DNA of 64,000 bases from the human T2T-CHM13v2.0 reference genome, Homo sapiens: NCBI RefSeq assembly GCF_009914755.1, contig NC_060937.1. One strand, 5' to 3'. This document shows, one piece after another, positions 51,827 to 63,800 of this stretch (positions are counted from its first letter, which is position 1; every line of letters begins with the position of its first letter). Under the pieces are notes generated by a model. The model was not told the DNA's origin. It searched no databases and was given only the letters and a program-made list of their open reading frames with translations. Both the position numbers and the translations under genes were made by a program.

Positions 51827-54800
51827 GAAAGAAAATATTGGAATGGAATGGAGTGCAATGTAATGGAATAGAGTAAAGTGGAGTGGAAAGGAGTGGGATG
51901 GAATGTGATGGAATGAAATGGAGTGGAGTGGAGTAGAGTGAAACGGAATGGAGTGGAGTGCAGTGGAGTGGAGTGGAATTCATTGGAACGGAATGGAATG
52001 GAATGGAAAGGAATGTAACAGGTGCTGAGATTGTACTACTGTGCTACAGCCTGTGTGACAGAGGCAGATCCTGTCGAAAGATAGGCGTGGAATGGGTTGG
52101 AGCAGAGTGGAGTGGAGTCGAAGGGAGTGGAGTGGAGTGGACTGGAGTGGAATGGAATGGAGTGGAGTGGAATGGAATGGACTGGAGTGGAGTGGAATGG
52201 AATGAAGTGGAGTGGAATGGACTGGAGTGGAATGGAATGGAAAGAAGTGGAATGGAATGGAGTGGAGTGGAGTGGAATGGAGTGGAATGGAGTGGAGTGG
52301 AATGGAGTGGAGTGGAGTATAGTGGAGTGGAATGGAGTGGAGAGGAGTGCAGTGGAGTGGAATGGAGTGGAGTGGAGTGGTGTGGAGTGGAATGGAGTGG
52401 AGTGGAATGGAATGGAATGCAATGCAATGCAGTGGAGTGGAGTGGAATGGAGTGGCGTGGAATGTAATGGAGTGGAGTGGAATGGAATGGACTGGAGTGG
52501 AGTGGAATGGAATGGAGTGGAGTCGAATGGAATGGAGTGGAGTGGAATGGACTGGAGTGGAATGGAATGGAATGGAGTGAACGGAATGGAGTGGAGTGAA
52601 GTGGAGTGGAATGGATTGGAATGGAATGGAATGGAATGGAATTAAGTGGAGTGGAGCAGAGTGGAGTGGAAAGGAATGGAATGGAGTGGAATGGAGTGCA
52701 GTGAAGTGGAGAGAAGTGCAATGTAGTGAAATGGAATCGGATGTAATGGAATGTAGTACTGTGGAATGGAGTGAAGTGGAGCGAAATGGAATGGAACGGG
52801 ACAGAACGGAATGGAACGGAACGGAATGGGTGCTGAGATTGTGCCACTGCACTACAGCCTGTGTGAAAGAGATACTTTAGAAAGAAAGGAGTGGAATGGG
52901 ATAGAGGGGAGTGGAGTTTAGTGGAGGGGAATGGAGTGGAGTGGAATGGAGTGGAATGGAGTGGAGTGGAGTGAAATGGAGTGGAGTGGAGTGAAATGGA
53001 GTGAAGTGGAGTGGAATGGAGTGGAGTGGAATGGAGTGGAGTGGAGTGGAATTCAGTGGAATGGAGTGGAGTAGAATGGAATGCAATGGGATGGAATGGA
53101 ATGGAATGGAATGGAGTCGTCTGGATTGGTGTGGAGTGGAGTGAAGTGGATTGAAGTGGAATGGAGCGGAATGGAATGGGATGGAATGGAATGGAATGAA
53201 GTGGAGTGGAGTGGGGCGGAGTGGAGTGCAGTGGAATGGAGCGGAATGGAATGGGACGGAGTGGAGAGGAGTGGAGCGCAGTAGAGTGAATAGGAGTGGA
53301 ATGGAGTGGAATGGAAACGAATGTAATGGAATGTAGTGGAGTGGAGTGGAACGGAGTGGGATGGAATTGAATTGAATGGAATGGAATGGAATGGAATGGA
53401 ATGCACTGGAATGCAATGGAATAGAATGCAATGAAATGGAAAGTTGACATGCAATGTGAGCTGAGATTGTGCCACTGTACTCCAGCCTCAGTGACACAAT
53501 GATACCCTGTCAAAAGAAAGGAATGGAATGCAATGGAGTGAAATGGAATGGAATGGAGTGGAGTGGAGTGGAGTGGATTCGAGTGGAATGGAGTCGAATG
53601 GAATGGGATGGAGTGGAATGGAGTGGAGTGGAGTGGAGTGGAGTGGAGTGAAATAGAGTGGAATGGAGTGGGATAGAATGGAATACAGTGGAATGGTGAA
53701 AAGAAATGTGAGCTGAGATTGTGCCACTGCACTCCAGTCTTTGTGACAGAGTGAGATCTTGTGGAAAAAAAGGAATAGAATGGAATAAAGAGGAATGGAA
53801 TGGAAGGGAATGGAATGGAATGGAAGGGAGTGGATTGGAGTCGAGTGGAATGGAGTGGAATGGAATGTGATGGAATGGAATGGCAAGGATTATGGTGGAG
53901 TGGAGTGGATTGGAGTGGAGTAGAGTGGAATGGAGTGGAATGAAATGGGATGGAATGGAATGCCATCGAGTGCAGTGGAGTGGAGAGGACTGGAGTGGCG
54001 GAGAGTGGAATGGAGTCGAGTGGAATAGAATGGAGTGGAATAGAATGGAATGGAATGCAATGGAATGGAATGCAAAGGAATGGAATGCAATGGAATAGAA
54101 TGGAATAGAATGGAATAGAATGGTGAAATGAAATGTGAGCTGAATTTGTGCCACTGCACGCCAGCCTGGGTGACAGAGTGAGATGCTGTCGATAAAAGAA
54201 ATGGAATGGAATGGAGTGGAGTGGAGCGGTGTGGAGTGGAGTGGTGTGGAGTGGAATGGAATGGGATGGACTGTAATGGAATGGAATGCAGTGGAGTGGC
54301 AGAGAGTGGAATGGAGTCGAGTGGAATGGAATGGAATGGAATGGAATGGAATGGAGTGGAATGGAGTGGAATGGAATGGAAATGAGTGGAGTAGAGTGGA
54401 TTGCAGTGGAGTGGAGTGGAGTGTAATGGAATGGAATGGAATGGATTAGCGAAATGAAATGTAAGCTGAGATTCTGCCACTGTACTCCAGAATGGGTGAC
54501 AGAGTGACATCCTGCCGAATTTAAGGAATGGAATGGAGTGGAGTGGAATGGAATGGAATGTAGTGGAGTGGATAGGAGTGGAATGGAGTGGAGAGGAATG
54601 GAATGGAAGGGAGTGGAGAGGAGTGGATGGGAGTGGAGTGGAATGGAATGGAATGGGATGAAATCCAATGGAATGAAATGGAGGGGAGTGGAGTGTTGGG
54701 GTGGAGTGGAATGGTATGGAATTGGATGGAATAGAATATAGTGGAGTGGAGTGGGATGGGGAGGAGTGGAGTAGAGTGGAGTGGAATGGAACGAAATTGA

Positions 54801-56399
54801 ATGGAGTGGAGATGAGTGGAGTGGAGTGGAGTGGAGTGCAGTGGAGTGGAATGGAATATAGTGGAATGGAAATGAATGGAATGGAAAGGAATGTAACGGA
54901 ATAGAATAGAATGATGAAATGAAATATGAACTGAGATTGTAACACTGCACTCCAGCTAGTGTGACAGAGTGAAATATTGTCGAAAGAAAGGAATGGAATG
55001 GACAGGTGTAGAATGGAATGGAATGGAGTGGAGTGGAGTGGATTATAGTGGAATGGAGTGGAATGGAATGGGATGGAATGTGATGGAATGGGATGGAGTG
55101 GAGTGGAATGGAACGGTATGGTATGGTATGGAATGGAACGGAATGGAACGGAACGGAATGGAATGGAATGGAATGGAATGGAATGGAATGGAATGGAATG
55201 GAATGCAGTGGAGTGGAGTGGAGTGGAGTGGAGTTCGCAGGAGTTGAATGGAATGGGACGGAATGGAATTGAATGCATTGCAATGGAATGGAATGGAATG
55301 GAATGCAATGGAATGGAATGGAATGCAATGGAATGGAATGGAATGGAATGGAATGGAATGGAATGGAATGGAATGGAATGGAATGAAATGGAATGGAATG
55401 GTGAAATGAAATGTGATCTGAGATACTGCCACTGCACTCCAGCTTGGGTGACAGAGTGAGATCCTCTCGAAAGAGAGGAATGGAATGGAATGGAGTGAAA
55501 TGGAATGGAATGGAATGAAATGGAATGGAGTGGAGTGCAGTGGAGTGGAATGGAATAGAAAGGAGTGGAATGGAATGGGATGGAGTGGAAGTAATGGAGT
55601 GGAGGTGAGTAGAGTGGAGTGGATGGGAGTGGAGTGGAGAGAAATGGAGTGAAATGGAATGGGATGGAATGGAATGGAGTGGAGTGGATTGGAGTGAAGT
55701 GGAGTGGAGTGGAGTTGATTGGAGTGGCGTGGAATGGAGTGGAATGCAATGGAATGGAATGGTATGGAATGGAATGGGGGAGGGGAAGGGAGTGGAGTGG
55801 AGTGGAATTGAGTGTAGTCTGATGGAATGGAAGGGAAAGGAAAAGAATACAATGGAATGGTGAAATGAAATGTGAGCTGAGATTGTGCCCCTGTATTCCA
55901 GCCTTTTTTGAAACAGTGATATCCCGTCGAAAGGAGGGATTGGAATGGAATGGGGTGGAATGGAATGGAATGCAATGGAATGGGGTTTCATGGAATGGAA
56001 TGGAATGGAATGGAATGGAATGGAATGGAATGGAATGGAGACATTAAATGTGATCTAAGTTTGTGCCACTGCACTCCAGTCTGGGTTACAGAGTGAGATC
56101 CATTTCGAAATAAAGGAATGGAATGGAATGGAGTAGAATGGAATGGCTGGAGTGGCGTGGAGTGGAGTGGAGTGGCGTGGAGTGAAGTTGAGTGGAGTGG
56201 AGTGGAATGGAATTTAGGGGAATGGAATGGAATGGAATGGTGAAATGAAATGTGAGCTGGGATTTTGTAATTGCACTCCATTTTGGGTGACAGAGTGAGA
56301 TCCTGTAGAAAGAAAATATTGGAATGGAATGGAGTGGAAAAGAATGGAATAGAATGGAGTGAAGTGGAGTGGAGTGGAATGGAATGGAACGGAATGGAA

Positions 56400-57290
56400 T
56401 GGAATGGAAGGGAAGGGTAGGGAATGGAAGGGAAGGGAATGGGGAAATGAAATGTGACCTGACATTGTGGCACTGCACTCCAGCCTGGGTGACAGAGTGA
56501 GATCCTGTCGAAAGAAAATATTGGAATGGAGTGCAATGTAATGGAATAGAGTAAAGTGGAGTGGAAAGGAGTGGGATGGAATGTGATGGAATGAAATGGA
56601 GTGGAGTGGAGTGGAGTATAGTGCAAAGGAATGGAGTGGAGTGGAGTGGAGTGGAAAGGAATGGAGAGGAGTGGATTGGAATGGAATGGAATGGAATCGA
56701 ATCGAATGGAATGCTGAAAAGAAATATGTGTTGAGATTGTGCCACTGTGGTACAGGCTGTGTGACAGAGGGAGATCCTGTCGAAAGAAAGGAGTGGAATG
56801 GAAGGGATTGGAATGGAATGGAAACGAATGGAATGTAATGGAATGGAAGGGAATGGAATGGAAGGGAAGGGAATGGGGAAATGAAATGTGAGCTGACAGT
56901 GTGGCACTGCACTCCAGCCTGGGTGACAGAGTGAGATCCTGTTGAAAGAATATATTGGAATGGAATGGAGTGCAATGGAATGGAATAGAGTGGAGTGGTT
57001 TGGAAAGGAGGGGAATGGAATGGGATGGAATGAAATGGAGAGAAGTAGAGTGGAACGGAATGGAGTGGAGTGGAGTGGAGTGGAAAGGAATGGAGAGGAG
57101 TGGAGTGGAATGGAATGGAATGGAATGGAATGGAGTGGAATGGATTGGAATGGAATGGAATGGTGAAAAGAAATATGTGTTGAGATTGTGCCACAGCGCT
57201 ACAGGCTGTGTGAGAGAGGGAGATCCTGTCGAAAGAAAGGAGTGGAATGGAAGGGATTGGAATGGAATGGAATAGAATGGATAGGAGCAG
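56400..57290 (+). repeat. ~440-bp local tandem duplication carrying two Alu fragments per unit
   Basis: GGGGAAATGAAATGTGA.CTGACA.TGTGGCAC at 56441 and 56875; TGAAAAGAAATATGTGTTGAG...TACAGGCTGTGTG at ~56715 and ~57164. Confidence 0.88.
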
Positions 57291-57742
57291 AGTGGATTGG
57301 AATGGAGTGGAGTGGAGTGCAGTGGAATGGAATGGCATGGAATGGAATGGAATGGTGAAATGAAATGTGAGCTGAGATTGTTCACTGCACTCCAGCATGG
57401 GTGACAGAGTAAGATCCTGTCAAAAGAAAGGAATGGAAAGGAATGGATTTAGAATGGAATGGAATGGAATGGAAAGGAAAGGAATGGAATGGAGTTGAAT
57501 GGAGTGGAGTGGAATGGAGTGGAGTGGAGTGGAAATGATTGAAATGGAATTGGATGGCATGGAAAGGAGTGGAGTGGACTGGCATGGAGTGGAGTAGAGT
57601 GGAGTGGACCGGATTGGAGTGGAGTGGAGTGGAATGGATTGGAGTGGAGTAGAGTGGAGTGGAGTGGAGTGGAATGGAATGGAATGGAATGGAATGGAAT
57701 GGAATGGAATAGAAAAGAATCAATGGAATAGTGAAATGAAAT

Positions 57743-57810
57743 GTGAGCTGAGATTGTGCCACTGCACTCCAGGCTGGGTGACAGAGTGAGATACTCTCAA
57801 AATAAAATAA
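57743..57810 (+). mobile_element. Alu 3' fragment ending in an A-rich, tail-like sequence
   Basis: GTGAGCTGAGATTGTGCCACTGCACTCCAGGCTGGGTGACAGAGTGAGATACTCTCAAAATAAAATAA. Confidence 0.9.
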
Positions 57811-60800
57811 TGGAATGGAAGACAGTGGAATGGAATGGAATGGAATGGAATCTAATGGAATGGAATGGAATGGAATGGAAAGCAATGGATTGGAATGGAA
57901 TGGAGTGGACTGGAGTGCAGTGGAGTGAAGAGGAGTGGAGAGGGGTGGAGTGGAATGCAGTGGAATGGAGCAGAAAGAAATGGGATGTAGTGGAATGGAG
58001 TGGAGTGGAGTGGAATGGAATACAATGGACTGCAATGCAATAGATTGCAATGCAAAGGAAAGTTGACATGTAATGTTAGCTGAGATTGTGCCACTGCACT
58101 CCAGCCTGTGTGACAGAGTGATATCCTGTGAAAGAAAGGAATGCAATGCAATGGAGTGAAAAGTAATGTAATGGGATGGAATGGAGTGGAGGAGAGTGGA
58201 GTGGAGCGGAGTGAAATGGAGTCGAATGGAATGGGAAGCAGTGGAATGGAATGGAGTGGAGTTAAGTGGCGTGAAATAGGGTGGAATGGAATGGAATGGA
58301 ATGGAAAGGAATGCAATGGAATGGTGAAATGAAAAGTGAGCTGAGATTGTGCCACTGCACTCCATGCTTTGTGACAGAGTGAGATCCTGTGGAAAGAAAG
58401 TAATGGAAAGGAATAGAGTATAATAGAATGGAGTGAAGTGGAGTGGAGTGGTGTGGAGTGCAGTGGAGTCAACTGGAATGGAGTGGAATGGAATGGGATG
58501 GAATGGAATGTCATGGAGTGCAGTGGAGTGGATTGAAGTGGAGTAGAGTGGAATGGAGTGGAAAGAAATGGGATGGAATGGAATATCATGGAGTGGAGTG
58601 GAGTAGACTGGATTGGAGTGGAGTAGAGTGGAAAGCAGTTGAGTGGAATGGAATGGAATGGAATGGAATGGAATACAGTGGAATGCAATGGAATGGAATG
58701 CAATGGAATAAAATGAAATGGAATGGTGAAATGAAATGTGAGCCTAGTTAGTGCCACTGCATGCCAGCCTGGGTAACAGAGTGAGATGCTGTCAAAAGAA
58801 AGGAATGGAATGGAATTCACTGGAGTGGAGCAGAGTGGAGTGGAGTGGTGTGTAGTGGAATGGAGTGGATTGGAATGCCATGCAGTGGATTGCAATGGAG
58901 TGCAGTGGAGTCAAGTGGACTGGAGTGGAATTGAGTGGAATGGAATGAGAAGGAATGGAATGGAGTGGAGTGGAGGGAATGGAGTTCACTGGAATGGAAT
59001 GGAGTGGAATGGAATGGAATGCAATGGAGTGGATTGGATTTCAGTGGAGTGGAGTGGAGTGGACTGGAATGGAATGGAATGGAATGGAATGGAATAGTGA
59101 AATGAAATGTAAGCTGAGATTCTACCACTGCACTCCAGACTGGGTGACAGAGTGACATCCTGTCGAATGTAAGGAATGGAAGGGAAAGAAGTGGAATGGA
59201 ATGGAATGGAATGGAATGTAGTGGAGTGGAGTGGAGTGGAATGAAATGGACTGGAAAGAAATTGAATGGAATGGAGTGTAGGGGAGTTGAAAGGAGCAGA
59301 GTGGAATGGAATGGAAGGGGATGGAAAAGAATGGAATGAAATTGATGGGAGTAGAGTGGAATGGTGGGGAGAGGAGTGGAGTGGTATGGAATTGAATGGA
59401 GTGGAGTGGAGAGGAGTGGAGTAGAGTGGACTGGAATGGAAAGGAATGGGGTCGAGTGGAGTGGAGTGGAGTGCAGTAGAGTGGAATGGAAGGTAGTGGA
59501 ATGGAATTGAATGGAATGGAAAGGAATGGAATGGAATAGAATGGAATGATGAAATGGAATATGAGTTGAGATTGTACCACTGCACTCCAGCGTGGGTGAC
59601 AGAGTGAAATCCTGTTGAAAGAAAGGAATGGAATGGGAAGGAGTGGAATGGAATGGAAGGGAATGGAATGGAGTGCAGTGGAGTGGAGTGGAGTGGAGTG
59701 GAGTGCAGTATAGTGGAATGCAATGGGATGGAATGGAATGGAGTGGAGTGGAGTGGATTGGAGTGAAGCAGAGTGGAATGGAATGGAATGGAATGGAATG
59801 GAATGGAATGGAATGGAATGGAATAGAATGGAATGGAATGGAATGGATTGGAATAGAATGGAATGGAAAGCAGTGGCATGGAGTGGAATGGAGTGAAGTG
59901 GAGTGGAGTGGAATTGAATGGAGTGTAGCGGAGTGGAGTGGAGTGGAATTGAATGGAGTGGAAAGGAATGGAATGGAGTGTAGCGGAGTGGAGAGGAGTG
60001 AAGTGGAATGGAATGGAGTGGGATGGAATCGATTGGAATGAAGTGGAGTTTAGTGGAGAGGAGTGGTGGGAAGTGTAGTGGAGTAGAATGAAATTGGATG
60101 GAATTGAATGGATTGGAGTGGAGTGACGTGGAGAGGAGTGGAGAAGAGTGGAGTGGAATGGCATGCAATGAAATGGAATAGAGTGCAGTGGAGTGGAGTG
60201 GAGTGGAATGGAATGTAGTGGAAATGGATTGAACGGAATGGAAAGGAATGGAATAGAATAGAATGGAATGGTGAAATGAAATATCAGCTGAGATTGTTCC
60301 ACTGCACTCCAACATGTGTGACAGAGTGAAATCCTGTTGAAAGAAAGGAATGGAATGGAAAGGAGTGGAATGAATGAAACGGAATTGAGTGGAGTGGAGA
60401 GAAGTGGAGTACATTGGAGTACATTGGAATGAAATGGGATAGAATGGAATGGAGTGAAGTGAAGTGGAGTGGAGTGGAGTGGAATGGAATGGAATGGAAT
60501 GCAGAGGAGTGGAGTTCACTGGAGTGGAATGGAACACGATGGAATGGTATTGAATGGAATGGAATGGAATGCAATGGAGTGCAATGGAATGCAATGGAAT
60601 GGGATGCAATGGAATGGAATCGAATGGTGAAATTAAATGTAAGCTGAGATAGTGCCACTACATCCAGGTCTGGGTGACAGAGATCCTGTCGAAAGAAAGG
60701 AATGGAATGGAATGGAGTGAAAAGGAATGGAATGGAATGGAGTGGAATGGAATGGAATGGAGTGGAGTGTAGTGGAGTGGAATGGAGTGGAATCGAATGG

Positions 60801-63800
60801 GATGGAGTGGAATGGAATGGAATGGAGTGGAGTGGAGAAGAATGGAGTGAAAAGAAATGGGATGGAATGGAATGGAGTGGAGTGGAGTGGAATGGAGTGT
60901 AGTGGTGTGGAGTGGAGTTGATTAGAGTGTAGTGGAATGGACTGGAGTGGAGTGCAGTGGAATGGAGTGGAGTGGAATGGAAGGGAATGGAATGCAATGT
61001 AATGGTGAAATGAAATGTGAGATGAGATTGTGCAATTGTATTCCAGCCTTTTTTGACACAGTGAGATCCCATCAAAAGAAAGGGATGGCATAAAGTGGAG
61101 TAGAATAGAATGGAGTGGAATGGATTGGAGTGGGCTGGATTGGAGTGGAGTGCAGTGCAGTCGAGTGGAAAGGAGTGGAATGGAATGGGATGCAATGGAA
61201 TGACATGGAGTGGAGTGGAGTGGAGTGAATTGGAGTGGAGTAGAGAGGAATGGAGTGGAATTAAATGGGATGGAAAGGAATGGCATGGAGTTGAGTGGAA
61301 TGGAGTGTAGTGGATTGGAGTGTAGTGGAGTGGATTGGAGTGTAGTAGAGTGGAATGGAATGGAATGGAATGGAATGCAATGGAATGGAATGGAATGGTA
61401 AAATGAAATGTGAGCTGAGTTTGTGCCACTTAACGCCAGCCTGGGTGACAGAGACAGATCCTGTCAAAAGAAAGGAATGGAATGGGGTGGAGTGTAGTGT
61501 AGTGGTTTGGAGTTCAATGGAGTGCAATGGAATGGGATGGAATGGAATGGAATGGAGTGCGGTGGAGTGGAGTGGAGTGGAGTGGAGTGGAGTGGCATGA
61601 AGTGGAATGGAATGCGATGGAATGGAATAAAGTAGAGTGGAGTTGAATGGAGTGGACTGGAGTGGAATGTAGTGGAATGGAATGGAATGAAGTGGAGTGG
61701 AGTGCAGTGGAGAGGGGTGAAGTGGAATGGAATGGAATGGAATGGAATGGAATGGAATGGAATGGAATAGAATGGTGAAATGAAATCTGAGCTGAGATTA
61801 TGCCTCTGCACTCCATCCTGGGTGACAGAGTGAGATCCTGTCGAAAGAAAGCAATGGAATGGATTGGAGTGGAATGCAATGGAATGGAATGGAACGGAAA
61901 GGAATGGAATGGAATGGAAAGGAGGGAATGGAATAGAATGGAGTGGGGTGGAGTGGAATGGAGTTGAATGGAATGGGATGTAATGAAATGGAGTGTAATG
62001 GACTGGACTGGAGTGGAATGGAGTTGAGTAGAGTGGAAGGGACTGGAATGGAATGGGATGGAATGGAATGGAATGGAGTGGAGTGGAGTGGGGTGGAAAG
62101 GAATGGGATGGAGTTGAGTGGAGTGGAGTGAAATGGAGTAGAATGGAAAGGAATGGAGTGGAGTGGAGTTGAATGGAATGGAATGGAATGAAATTGAATG
62201 CAATAATGAAATGAAACGTGAGGTGTTATTGTGCTACCGCACTCCAGCCTTGGTGACAGAGTGAGATCTTCTTGAAAGAAAGGAATTGAATGGAATGGAG
62301 TGGAATGGAATGGAATGGAATGCAGTGGATGGAGTGGAGTGGAATAGGGTGGAACGGAATGTGATGGAGTGGAATGGAATGGAGTGGAGTGGAGTGGAAT
62401 TGAGTGGAATGGAAAGGGATGGAATGGAATGGAATGGGGAGGAGTGGAGTGGAAGGGAGTTGAGTGGAGTGGGGAGGAATGGAATGGAATGGAATGGAGT
62501 GGAGTAGAGTGGCGTGGAGTGGAGTGGAGTAGAGTGGAGTATAGTGGAGTGGAGTGGAGTATAGTGGAGTGGAATGAAGTATAGTGGAATGGAGTGGAAT
62601 GGAATGGAATGGAATTAAGTGGAGTGGAGTGCAGTGGAATGGAATGGAATGGAATGGAATGGAAAGGAATTGAAAGGAATGGAATGCAGTGGAGTGGAGT
62701 GGAGTTCACAGAAGTGGAATAGAATTGAATGGAATGCAATGGAATGGAATGCAATGCAATGGAAAGGAATGGAATGCAATGGAATGGAATGCAATGGAAT
62801 GCAAAGGAATGGATGGTGAAATTTAATGTGAGCTGAGATAGTGCCACTGCACTCCAGCCAGGGTGACACAGTGAGAGTCTGTCGACAGAAAGGAATGGAA
62901 TGGAAAGCAGTGAAACGAATGGAATGGAATAGAATGGAGTGGAGGGGAGGGGAGTGGAGTGGAGTGTACTGGAGTGAAATGGAGTCGAATGGAATGGGAT
63001 GGAGTGAAATGGAATGGAGTGGAGTGGACTAGAGTGAAATAGAGTGGAAAGGAATTGGATGGAATGGAATGCAATGGAATAGTGAAAAGAAATTTGAGCT
63101 GAGACTGTGCCACTGCACTCCAGCCTTTGTGAAAGAGTGAGATCCTGTGGAAAGAAAGGAATGTGATGGAATGGAGTGGAATTGTATGGAATGGAATGGA
63201 GTGAAGTGGAGTGGAGTGGAGTCGAGTGCAATGGAGTGGAATGGAATGGGATGGAAAGGAATGGCATGGAGTGGAGTAGAGAGGAGTGGATTGGAGTGGA
63301 GTAGATTAGCATGGAGTGGAATGGAATGGGATGGAATTGAATGCCATGGAATGAGGTGGAGTGGAGTGGACTGGATGGAGTGGACTGGATTGGAGTGGAG
63401 TAGAGTGTAATGGAGTGGAGTGGAATGGAATGGAAAGGAATGGAATGCAGTGGAAAGCAATGGAATGGAATGCTATGGAATAGATTGGAATGGAGTGGTG
63501 AAATGAAATGTGAGCTGAATTTGTGCCAATGCCCGCCAGTCTGGTTGACAGGGTTACATGCTGTCAAAAGAAAGGAATGGAATGGAATGAATTGGAGTGG
63601 AGCTGAGTGGAGTGGAGTGGTGTGGAGTGGAATGGAGTGGAATGGAATGGGATGGAGTGGAATGGAATGGAGTGTATTAAGTGGAGTGGCATGGAGTGAA
63701 ATGCAGTGGAATGGAATGCGATGGAATGGGATGGAATGGAATGGAGTGGAGTGGAGTGGAATAGAGTGGAATAGAGTGGAATGGAGTGGAATGTAATGGA

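Noticed and set aside
49056-63567. Non-repetitive-looking peptide motifs such as LSPRLECSGTISAH and SHSVTQAGVQWHNL
   Set aside because: These are the well-known antisense Alu translations, not evidence of a protein.
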